Assembly: GCA_045837725.1 (NCBI GenBank)
Contig: JBEWZL010000116.1
Span: 62,001 to 122,046, forward strand
DNA: 60,046 nt
Direction of reading: 5' to 3'
Source: Vermamoeba vermiformis
Taxonomy: Eukaryota
The translations under genes and the position numbers were made by a program. The notes under the pieces were generated by a model. That model had not been told where the DNA came from. It was given only the letters and a program-made list of their open reading frames with translations, and ran no database searches. Shown here one piece after another: positions 1 to 11,758 of the stretch (positions within the stretch are counted from its first letter, which is position 1; the number at the start of each line of letters is the position of its first letter).

Positions 1-1651
1 AAAGATCAATGTCCGTATCAACTGAAAGCGTCCACCGCAGAAAAGATCGGCGCCAAAGGTTTGATTGTAAACTTCAACGTAAGTAATTCCCTTTAGTTAT
101 ATAAGATAGTATAGTATATTTACAAGCTTATTTTAACATATAGGACGTGATTCAGTTTATGCCCCCGATGCTGACGGTAAATCCGGACTTGGTGGTCTCG
201 ATCCCAACGATTATAATTCCAGTCGAAGATCATTTGTATATGACTGCATATGCTAAACAATATGTTGAAATGGGAGAACAAATCACTGCTCAAATCGTTG
301 CAGAAAATTGTAAGTTGTGAGATGGGATCGGATCAGCGAGCGGTTAACTAATGTGATTTTATTATGTGCGTAGCGAATATTATATACTTCTTTAATTTTT
401 GCTACTATTTCTTTGGAACCGCAACGATTATTGAAGCCATTGCGTGTTGGATTTGCCTCATCATCGCGATCAGATTTGACAGACGAATGAACGAGCGAAT
501 ATCATTCATTGTAGCCGCATTGCAAACTACAGGTACGTATAATATTAATATACTATAAGGCTATTCTTTTTTTTTTTGAAACGAAAGTTGAAGATCTAAT
601 TCCATTTTTATTTTAGCGGGAGCCATTAACTATTGGGCCGATTATTGGCAATCTCGAAACTATTGGCCTAGAGAAGTTAATATAATTCTATGGGGCCTAA
701 CGAATTACTTGGCTTTCGTAGAATTATATTGGTTTTTTTGGGTCTGGTACACAGTTCTTATTCGCGGCACTATTTATAGAAACAAGCGTCAGTATAGGAT
801 AGGAAAGATGTTTGCCATCATAGGAATAGTATTACAAGGTCTAAACGATGTGGTAAGCGAACATAATCTATTTTTTCAAACTATTGGATCCGATCACTAA
901 AAAAAGTAATTTTGTGTTTCAGGTCCGTTATTTATTACTATGCCTTGGTCCTTCAGTAGCCGATACTACCAATGTATGGCGAGCAACTCTGGTTCCGTTC
1001 TGCGTTATCATCTTGATTATGTTCGGTGGATTAGGTTACATTACGTTTAAGCTGCGAAGTCGTTTAATGGCCAGTATCAAAGACATGGGTACAACAGGCA
1101 ATAAGAGGACCACTGAATCGCTAAATAGAGTAAGTAAAGCGGTGCAGTCGAAATTTCCAAAAACAAAAAATCCAGCGAAACGCCATAAATCATAGAATTA
1201 TAATATTTATGACTTTATATTAATTTAGGTGACTAAAATTGGATTCCCTATGATCGCTATATTGTTAGCAATCTCATGGAGCTTGTTGTTATGGCTCATT
1301 AAGCCGGATGTGTTTGGCGTAGCATCATTAACAACGTTCATGTTGTGCTTTAGACTAGCATTTGTATATATACCTGTAGCACATGTATGGAGCATCTTAC
1401 ATCGATGGAGATCAGAGAAAATCAGCTCAAAGAGCTCCAAGACAAGATCTAATCGCCATTACATTTCCAAATCCAACAAGATCGGGACTCAAACTAGTGC
1501 CAATGACTCAGCTGGTAAAGAAAGTACTGATAATATTAGCGACAATGTAGAAGAGGTTTCTAAAGAAGAAAAGAACGAAGAGAGAGATGCCCAACTGATT
1601 AATAGTACGACAGCCTTAGTCAAAACAGAAATAACTGAAACGATAGATTAA
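1..1651 (+). CDS. PA (protease-associated) domain + 7-transmembrane receptor-like protein, 5' truncated by window edge
   Basis: Predicted exons ~1-78, 144-309, 374-532, 618-852, 923-1129, 1229-1651 with GT-AG introns. N-part reads CPYQLKASTAEKIGAKGLIVN...SIPTIIIP (PA-like), followed by seven hydrophobic helices and a Ser/Lys/acidic tail. Confidence 0.7.
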
Positions 1652-1818
1652 AGCTTACTTGATAATGTACTAAGTAATATTATATTGTATTAGTACTTTT
1701 TTGCAATTTTGTAAATAAAATGTGTAGCCATACGGATACAGCCAGTTAAAGATCTTTAACTTGAGTATTTTATATTATTAACATTAAGCAGTTATATCAG
1801 AAATGCTAAAATATGGCA

Positions 1819-4751
1819 TTATTTGGCATCTTTCTTCTTAGGAGGCCATTCCGCGTCGATTCTGATACCAATGTACGTCGGGAAACGAGGAATGCCACCG
1901 TCTGTGAGCTCTTGGTACTTGTACGTGATAATACTGCCGATTGGAGGTGGCTTGGCTCGTTGAGCATCAGTAAATCTGAAAAAAGTAAGTCAATAATTAT
2001 TCGAATTTGTAACGGACTGGATCTGGCTTATATTGACTAATATCAAATTGTATCGCGTGTATCGTATTATTAATGTTATATTAATTATACCCTGAACCAA
2101 CTTGGAATGTCTTCTTATTCGGCATTTCCACGAGCAACGCGCCCATAACGCCCTTGTGTTTGCCTTTACCTGGCAGATGCGCTAGGACTTTAGCCTCATC
2201 GTCACTAAAATACAATATATTAACACGTGTATCGTCATTATAGATAATATGAGTACTTACAAGAAGGTCTTAACCTTGAGCAACGTGTTGGATCTGGATC
2301 CGACGTATTTGGACTTGGGTTGTCGCATCATAACACCTTCACCCTTTTTCTTCTGCACTTCATTTAAGTACTCAAGCATGTGATCATTATCTCGGCATTT
2401 AATATGCTCAATTACTTCAATGTGCGGATGCTTCTTTTTCTGAAAACGGATTTGTTAGAAAAGATCTGAGGAGACATACGATTATGCTATTACTTACATT
2501 AGCGGGATCAAATAGCTTTTTCAATGCACTAACACGCTCTTCGAATGGTTTGTCCATGCCAGGCGCATCAAAGATCTGGATCCGTAAGTTAATCGTGCAC
2601 AATACTTTTTGACCCTGGATCTTACTTTATAAGTCAAAGTTTTCCATCGATCGCCTTGATCTTGACTCTTAACGATGCTAACTGTCGTTTGGAACTTGCC
2701 TCGGCCACCAAAAAGTTCTCCATCCAAACAGACATCGCTCGGAAGTTCAGCTGCGAACCAATCAGGCGCGTAGAAATAATTGCCCAGACGTGAAATAAAC
2801 TTCCTAAAACAACGCAAAACGATTGGTATTAATTAAATAATGACTATTATGAGCGAATTAATGACACGTACTTTCCGTTCCAGTACGCGCGGACGCCATC
2901 CAACTTTTCGCTCATCCACCAACCTGATCCAGAAAAATTAAGTCAAAAAGGTATTACAGGACATTACTAATTATGTATTTAACGGTACCAGTCATGTCCT
3001 GGAACTCGTCCCATTTGTGAGCCAATAACAACTTTGGCGCAGTTGTCTTTTCAACTTTGCCCGGTGAATTGCCTTCACGACCAACACGCCAAGTCTCGAA
3101 TTCATCACCTAGATATTAAAAAAGAATAAGACCTTGCTATCAGATGCAAAAAAGTAAAAAAATCAATGTGCCAACCCCTGGAATTGGACCAGGATTTTTG
3201 GAGCCACAATCCAATGTTCTTCCGTTGAACTAGGTCGGCTGAATTGGAAGGTCGCCCAAGGAACAAAAACGCGTCCTCATAAAGGACAGCATATAGTACT
3301 GTCATCATGTCATATTTGATTCGGCCTCAAGCTTACCCAAATACTCGCGTAAATGTTTGCAAGTACGCTGGTCCGTGGCCAAGTTCTGGAACCTCCATGC
3401 GGTACACGTGCAATAATAGACTCCTCCTCTGTATCGCACATCATACGAGCCGTGACCACCTATAGTAATAACAATGTATTAGCTCGTTGATGTTATTACC
3501 AAGTCCAGATCCGTGTCAAAAAGTTGGTTGTGCACGTGATGCTTTCGACACTGAAAATTCGTTAGAATTGACGTACCTTGTATCTGAATGCTATCTCCGT
3601 CGTTCATATGATGCAGTGGCTTCGGTGCATTCGGATCCACTTCCGCCTCGCCTTCACCTTCCCCTTCGCCCATGACCTCTTCTTCGTTTGAATTTTCCAC
3701 AGCAGCTTCATCGCCAAAACTTGTCTCTTCCTTTTCCCCGTCTTCATCGTCGTTATTATTATTGTTAGTATTGTTGCTAACTTTCTTTGGCCCCGAGGAA
3801 CTTTTGGCTTTCTTCGCTTTGTCCACCAGATCCAGCAAGAAATTTTCGTCCACTACCTTAGTGCCATTAGCTTTAGCCTTATCCAACTTCGAGGTGCCAG
3901 CATTAGGATCTTCAGCGATAAGATAATCAACGTTCTTTGAGACATTGGGCGAGTAATTGCCTCCCAGATCATGCACCATTCGAATGATGTCGTTTCTGAC
4001 CAATGAGAGCTTGCCAGTAAGTGCGACACTCTTTCCTTGAAGAGGCTTAACTGCGTCTAACTCTTCTTCATCGTCATTCTTTTTTGACTCGTCTGCATCC
4101 GATTTTTTTGATTTTTTGGATGCGGATGTAGCAGCAGGTTTTTTTGTCTTCGGAGCCTTCTCTTCAGGTTGCTCGTAATCATCGTCTTTAGTATCCACGA
4201 CTTTTTCTTCTTCCTCTTCGTCGGCTTGCGTTACTTGAGGCTTCGACAGTGAAGGGTGGCTTGTTGGATGTGTGTACTGCTTGAAATGATCGCCATTTTT
4301 TCTATTGCAATTAGCTCCATATTTACAAGGATGCGTTTTTTCGATGAAATGCTGCGGGTTCTTGCGAATACAGCCTGCTCCGTATTGGCACGGATGCGAG
4401 TATTCAGTAAAATGCGTTGGATTTTGGCGATTGCAATTTGATCCATATTTACAAGGGTCGAGTATTTTCTAAAATAATATCATTAAATTAAATACTAATT
4501 TTCGATGCATTTTTCGTAAAAATCTAATTTCGAGTAACGGTCAATTTAAAAAAAACTTGATAATCATCCATCGTGAGCTGAGTAATAAATAATAGCAAAA
4601 TTGCAAAAATATTAACACGAAAAATTACCAATTTACTGTCTTGATTTTGATCTTCGTCGTTGTTAGAACCAGATGCTGATTGCCCTGCAGAGGTCTTTTG
4701 GACCTTCTTCGGTCTTTCATCTTCACTGGTATTTGAGAGTTGTCTCTTCAT
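1819..4751 (-). CDS. ATP-dependent DNA ligase (small bacterial-type catalytic core + OB fold) with N-terminal 3x PBZ zinc fingers, BRCT and SWIM-type zinc finger
   Basis: Multi-exon. Motif I WWMSEKLDGVRAYWNG, LDGELF, IFDAP, EGVMMR, LLKVK, C-terminal ITYKYQELTDGGIPRFPTY. Three CxYGxxCxRxNxxHxxxxxHP repeats at 4265-4453; BRCT LQGKSVALTGKL...GTSKLDKAKANGTKVVDE; YYCTCTAWRFQ...RTCKHL. Confidence 0.9.
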
Positions 4752-5244
4752 CTTGTTAGAAACGAAGGAAAATGAATAAATGCGGTCCAAGCGAAATTTT
4801 AAAAATACGCGGGCACCGCCGTTATTCTTCTTTTGAAAGGCAACCAATGGTTATTCAGTATTATAGTAAAGGACTATATAATTATTAAAACAGGCGCTAC
4901 AAGAATTTTGGGGTTTATTAACATGAAAAACTAATCCGCTGTCGCTTCGTTGCTCGTTATATTGCAAAATTATCGTTGATTTTTCTATCAAATACTAAGA
5001 CTTAACTTCTATTTTGATGAGAGGTGAGATTGAGCAACAAAGACGACAGATCTAATTCACAGAAAAAGTGGGTAATGTACAAAATGGTTATCATTGGGTT
5101 CGTTATTTTTGCCGCTTATGTTTCGCATTATATTTCGATATTATTTCTTCGCAAGACTATTTACAGATTGAGATCTCGGAGATCTTGGCGATATGTCCCT
5201 AACAATCCTTATTAATTAAGTATTAATCCTTGTACTGTGCTAAC

Positions 5245-8200
5245 TTACTCATCGCCAGCAGATCTTCGAGAAGAAGTCGTTGTTATGGTCGACAATCGAA
5301 TGCCTAATGATGAGGGGACTTCGGACGCATCGCCTTTAAAACGAAAGATCTTGTCAGATGCGTTCAAAAATGTTATAGATGCATAAATACTTACTAGGTA
5401 AGCGAAAACCTCGCCGTTTGTTCGAGAGTGAGTTTAAATCTTCCAATGGATTGGCAAGTGATTGCTTTGGTGACGTGATCAAGTTCGCGTTCGTGTAGTG
5501 TTCATCGTCTGAAAGCACAGCATCAGATAAGGGACTGCCTGATATAGCACTCAGACTAGGAGAGAAAGACATCGGAGTTGAAGGCGCTGTAAATAAGCGA
5601 ACGTTAGTTTTGTGCCGTTAGATCAAGCAGATCGCATGCACAACGAGCACGTGCTAATGCCTTAAAATGGACTTACTCTTCGGGGAATCTTTCGAGAGCG
5701 AGTTCGACGAGGTAACACTGCTAGTGCGGGTCTTCGGTGATTTTTTCGGGGACTTGCTGGTAGGCGAAACACTCTCATTGGTCTCTGCATCCTTTTCGTC
5801 CTTTTTCAAATCTTTCAAATTCAATTTAATCACAGGCCTAGCGCTCGAATCGTTCGATCGTTGTCGAGGACGATGGTCCTTCGGCTTGACTTCGTTCTGG
5901 TTCAAACTATCGCTCGACTTGTTCCTTCTCGCTTTGGCGATCTGCTTGATCTCCTCGGCCTCTTCTTTTTCGCGAGTAGCATTGCCTCGCGCTGAGAACG
6001 ATAGGGAATTGTGAGAAGTATCGTTGCTATTACTAGATGCATCTGAACGCGGAGAGTCGGTTTGTGGAGATTCGTATTCATCGGTTTTGCTCGCGCGACG
6101 GTCTTTGTCCTAAAAAGGATTAAACAAAATTAATACTCCGTATATCCGAGATCGGAATAAAAATAAACTGTATTTGGCATTAATTAATTAATTACCTTTC
6201 GTCGCGAGATGCTAAGGCTCTTCGTTGAGAAAAATCGTCCGACTTTGTTGATCCCCTTTTTGGCAATGTCCTTTTCCATCATTGCCTTTCTCGCCTTAGG
6301 GTCGTTCAAGCCAGAAGCTTCGAGCTCTTCCTCGGTATAGATCTTCGTCATCAATTTGTTCTTCGGGATTTTGAGCGCTGCGGCTAAAATTAGATCTGGA
6401 TCTGAAATCTGCTGTGGCGCTGATTTAATATATGGAATGACCTTCTCATCATTCATAGACAATATTTCGTCTAAAATAAAGATAGGTTAGTTCATTACTA
6501 AAAAATCGACCTATTAACGGTTCAGATCAAAACTCCGAAATCATCGTTTAAAAAACTTACTCTGAGATTCTTTCAAGATTGCAAGTGCTACTCTAAAGAT
6601 GATAGAAAATCCTTCACTAAGGAAGATATCCCATAGTCGAAACACGAAAGTCAGTTGGCCGTCGTACGCAAAGAGCGTGTGGAACCACGGACTAGCGAAC
6701 ACTGAAACGTGGATACATTGCGCCTCCTAATGATACGACGGTTAGAACATATTGTAGGTGTCGGCAACTAGGCAAATAATATTTGCAATCATCCCTAGAG
6801 TTATATTTAGATGGATAATTTTTCGCGGATCCAGCGCGTGCTAATGCATTGCAAAACTTTGTACAAACTCGCGAGATTAGATTACTTACGAAATGTTCGT
6901 GTATCTCAGGTAACATCGCTTCGATTAGCAAAGCGAATTGATTAAGAGCTCTATTTAGATTAATGATTTTGTCGCCAAAAAATCCTTCCATGTAATAATC
7001 GCGCATCAGCATGTCTAACGTCCAAAATGCACTCTAATAAAGAAAAGTATTAGTACCATTGTAATTTATGCAAGAAACGTCAATAGATTGCAAAAATTTG
7101 GGCAATTGACTTTTTTGGAGTTTGTGTCAGAACTTACTTCTTCTTTCATATTTAACAATAGAACGCCGACTAAGAAGTTCATGCCTTGACAATATCCGAT
7201 GCGCGGGTTTTTCACTGAATAAGCTTGCAACACGTTCCGCAGAGCTTGAACGCCAGATCCGTTACTCTCGAAGAAAAACGGATGTGTCGGGAATGTCCGT
7301 CGAACATCAGTTTCAATCTTTCCAATAAAATATTCGTCGTCACAATCCATCAGACATTTCTACGTAGGAAAATCACAAATTGTTAGTTCAATCGAGAAAG
7401 CGAGCAATTAAATTGACACGTGTCATCACATAAATTGCGACGCACATTTGATTTGAGAATTCCACCAAGATGCTAATAGCAAGACTATAGTCTTACCTTA
7501 TAAATAGATGCTTGATCCCTCAAGTAATCTTTTGCGCCACAAACAACCTGCCAAACATCTCCTCGCAACGCATCCGGTACTCCTCGTCGCATCATTTCTT
7601 TGAACTATAAATACATCAATTAGACATATACTACTTATTTATACATAATTAAAGGCGTAACTCGGGTTAATATAAATTACACGTTGTGCGCCGGAAAATG
7701 AAGTTGTGTCCTCGAACAAAAAAACTTTCCATGTTGCATTTCACGTACCTTTTGTGGATTTCGCACTTTGAACGTGTTCAAATTCTTCAATTTTGAGGCC
7801 CATTTCGCTGCTCGCAAGTCAATGGTCAAGCCCTTCATCACCGTATCTTTCTCCTATGAAAATCAATCGGTAATTAGCAAGATAGATCTCCTAATATAGA
7901 AAATCGTCGCGTTGCGTATCGCGAAAGGTTCGTTAGCAAGTTTCAGTGAATTTCTAAATATGGTTCGGCGCATTTTCTATGCATTTTCTATGGAGATTTC
8001 ATCAGATTTTTTTTTCGAACCGAAAATCTTGGCGCTTTTAGAGCGCTTATTTATGGCCTCGAAAACCATAGAGATACGCGTATCATAGTATACCTTTGCC
8101 TATTGCAAAATTTTTAATGTTTTCGGGTTGCAAAATGCATTGTAAAAGTTGTGCGAGGGAAAATCGTTTCATATATTCTAAATATTTGAACTAATAATGT

Positions 8201-9423
8201 AAGAGTGGTACTAATGCTCCAGTAATATTAATCTCGCTAACTAAATTAGAAATATGATGATTCGGTTGCAAAAAAGTTTTGCTGTCACAAGTGAAATCGT
8301 AAGATACTAGAGGCGTCACTCCAGAACTCGCTTCGTAAGCATAAATATATTCCTTGTGACGCATAAAATGAGATTTTCATAATGATTAAATGAATTTCAA
8401 GATTCAGAAGCAAATTTCTAAGATGATCCTTACCTCGTCTTCGCGACACAAGATCAGCTTGCGCAACTTTTGCTTAGCACTCTGAGCCTCATCGCTAGGC
8501 TTCCTATATTTAGGGTTGCTATACAGATCGTAAGAAGCAATCGTCCTGCCTGCCTCGAGCCACAAGCCTTCGTTTTTTTGAACTGGCAAGTAAAGCTTCC
8601 AATGCTTCGGGTCGTATTCGTCTTCAACAGGAGAATTTGGACCTTCTTTTGGCGATAACGGCGTTGCTACTGGGGATTTTTTGCCTGGCGTAGGAGATGT
8701 GGGGGCTGATCCGGGTCCAAGCGCGTCATTTTCTATTTTTAAATCTGAAACTAATCTCTCGATAATCTAGTTTAAAATGATGTCAATAAATTTTCCTAAT
8801 TATTACATGACATATTGACCAATTGAATTTGATTTTATTCTTTATAAATTTGAAGAGAAATTTTAGAAAATACTTACTTGCTTCACTGTTGTGGTATATG
8901 TATATTTAAACGTCTTTTCGACACCTTCTGATGGTATAATGATTATAACCTCTTGCACTGATTGATTGCCCAAGAGCGAGTTTTTAATTTTTAATTCTAA
9001 TTCGTCCTATAATTCACATATTAATATTAGCAAATAATTCATTAATTTATGACGTTAATTGGACGCGAAGAATTGGTAGAGATTTTACGATCAGGAAACC
9101 GTAAACCGATCTCAACCAATAAAATCAAGCCGTTTTCTCGATTTCAAAAGACTTACATTACTCCGTAAATCATACTGAGCTAGTGTTTTTGAATCTGCAA
9201 GCCATTCTCTAGCGTCGCGATAATCTCTTTTTGTTTTGCTGGGCTTGCCTTTTTGATCAGATGGCCAACAAAGACCGTATGCCTCCACATTTGGTATACC
9301 AAATATTTCTGCAGCCTTTGTAATTACTTGTTTGACTGTAGACGATAAATCGAACGCTAATCCCTTTTGAGAGTTGGATTCGACGTTCGTTAGCACGAGT
9401 AACACTTCGTTCGGGTCTGTCAT
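5245..9423 (-). CDS. TBC-domain Rab GTPase-activating protein with two N-terminal ubiquitin-like (FERM F0/talin-N-like) modules and Ser/Lys-rich tail
   Basis: RRGVPDALRGDVW, IETDVRRTFP (Arg finger), GYCQGMNF (Gln finger), FRLWDIFLSEG. N-terminal repeats end in WLADSKTLAQYDL and WLEAGRTIASYDL. Confidence 0.85.
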
Positions 9424-10122
9424 TTGCAAAAGTTCGTCCTATTCGTCAAATTATGTTCATCTTTTGCTAAGAGTACAAGTTGTGGTATCTGGTATCGATA
9501 ACTTGTCGACAAAATCACGCGATCACAAACAAAATCTTTTTCAATTGATTTAATTTTGTACTCGTACACAGCAGCCATAGAAGAAGTATTTCTGTGCCAT
9601 ATTTATCTCGTTGTGTTGTATAATATCATTTTCATGATTTTGGTAACGGTTACTATGACGATCCAGGATTTAGTTTTGAGTAAGTCAAGGATTATTACTT
9701 ATTTTGAATATTTTTGTGGACACGTTCTCGTGACAGTCCGTTAAAACGAAAGATTGCACGAATTTACGTTTTAAATACAAATTTTAACAGATCAAGCAAA
9801 ATTCCTACCGCGGCACTGGAAAACTCCTCCACTCCCTGGGAACAATGTATTTCTTGAAAAGGGTACGTAGTTATTAACCGCCTATAATACATTTATTCCT
9901 ATTTACATCTCGCTCATATCCCAAGCGAGTAAATTATTCCGAAAATTCCAAATTTACAGTTGATGATCATAGTTCGCTATAATACAATCGGATTGTAAGG
10001 ATGTCACTTCAAGCCGTTCTCTTCTTTGAATGACTTCAAGTCTCGCAGAAACAGATCTCGGCTAAATAATTTATTGCTTAGTATGGTGTTCCGATCGGCA
10101 TGCCAAATTTGAATTTAACCAC

Positions 10123-10827
10123 TTACCTCGACAAAAGACTTTCAGCATTAAGTGCGTTCGCTGTTAGTGCCGAGTGATTGAACGAGATTACAGGGGCGAA
10201 GTTAATCTGACTCGAAGACTCCAAAGGAAAAGCGTATTTTTGGTGAATTTGGTCCAAAATTGAGGATGTGGGCTTGAGATTATCGATAGACACCTTGGGT
10301 GGTGTGTATTGCAAATGAACTTCGGATGTAACAACAACTTGGTACTTCGGATTATCGTGCGCGTGCAAAGGATGCGATTTTAACGAAGCCTGTTTATAAG
10401 AATTATTAGCCGCGACAACTACAAGCATTGCGTGGGCTCTAATTACCTTCTTCGGAGCATGGCCGTCACTACCGCACAATAGATTTGAAATTTTCATTTT
10501 CTCGTTGCTAGGTTCTGAAGATCGAGTCTGGACTTCTTCTGCGGCACGCGATTTTAATACCCTTTTTATGACCGCGGTTGCTTTGTGCTCTTTCTTGGGC
10601 TTCTTTTTTGGCTGTCCTTCGCCTTGTGCGTACCGCCAGTGATAAACTTGAGATGGGTTTTGTTTCTCTTCCTTGACTGGTACGTGCTGATCTGATTGCG
10701 GTTGAGGAGGTAAAAAAGAAAATAACCGAACTCCATATTGCGTTGAGGCTAAGCTGAGGTCAGCATCGTCTCTCTTGCGTTTAATACCACGCGGCTGACA
10801 TTCTTGAACTCGTGCGGGAACCTCCAT
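10123..10827 (-). CDS. Hypothetical nuclear protein, 234 aa, single exon
   Basis: Open 234-aa ORF with basic NLS-like stretches (IKRKR, PKKKPKK) and a short MKISNLL motif; no recognised domain. Confidence 0.55.
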   Translation of the reverse strand: MEVPARVQECQPRGIKRKRDDADLSLASTQYGVRLFSFLPPQPQSDQHVPVKEEKQNPSQVYHWRYAQGEGQPKKKPKKEHKATAVIKRVLKSRAAEEVQTRSSEPSNEKMKISNLLCGSDGHAPKKVIRAHAMLVVVAANNSYKQASLKSHPLHAHDNPKYQVVVTSEVHLQYTPPKVSIDNLKPTSSILDQIHQKYAFPLESSSQINFAPVISFNHSALTANALNAESLLSR

Positions 10828-11758
10828 CTACTCGAACCAGGCGTGGCTGACCCACTTAAAACTGAAAAATAAACTAACCTTTTCTCATGTGATAACTACA
10901 AAAGGTGAATCGAGAAACGTGTATCGTTCACGAACCTCCCGGGGAAAAGTTTCTGCGTGTCTTTGCGTATCTCCTTATTTGGGCAAATTAGCGATGGATG
11001 CGTGGCAAGCAATAACTACTGCGGACCTCCTACGCGGTGTATTATAGCCGTGCAAGTTTAGTGATATCTGCAACCGTTGAGTTTCCTGAGGGAGTTCCTT
11101 ATTCAGTTTCATCGTCTATTTTTGGATCGTTCAATAAACCCTGATCAGTGACGTGGAGAAACGTCATGATTGCGTAAATTTACGAGCACGCGTTCGAACA
11201 CATGTTCAATTGAAATATTTATCCTCTTGGTAGTGCGTTAAGAGAGACCACAGTTCCGGTCTGCATCAGCTGACTTTTAGTGGATTCGCGAGAACAAAAT
11301 TACATCACGAATTCAAGCCTCTCACGCGGTAACTGCGTCGCTCAATTTATTTTATCAAGCGTCACATATCATGCAAACAATCACGTTTTGTCTCGTTTTT
11401 CTAAAATCTGCAAGAAATCTGATCCGAAACTCATTCCAGTCTCTGAAAACAAGTTCAAATTTTAGGCTATAAAATTCTTAGTGCTGAGCTTTCACATCTT
11501 TTTTTTCCTCCACTCGTATTGTAAACACTAAAGGCGTAAACAAAAGTTACAACACATCAACCAACTAAAAAATCGTAAGTATTTATTCTTTCGCTTGCTC
11601 AAAGCGCAGAACGTATGATAATAACATACTTACGCAATCTTATTAAACAATTTTTTTTTCCGTGTTGCAAAGTAGCTAGCAGCCAATCTTAGTGATTTAT
11701 TGCTTATCTAATAATGCTACGCTTGCTGTACCATTCACTAACAATTTTTTCAGGCTAA

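Noticed and set aside
3672-3926. Plus-strand Ser/Leu-rich ORFs (also 5667-6014, 20912-21250, 22588-22866, 46606-47046)
   Set aside because: Antisense shadows of well-supported genes on the opposite strand.
4265-4453. 63-bp periodic repeats resembling a CRISPR or minisatellite
   Set aside because: They are the three coding PBZ zinc-finger repeats; eukaryotic context and no spacers.
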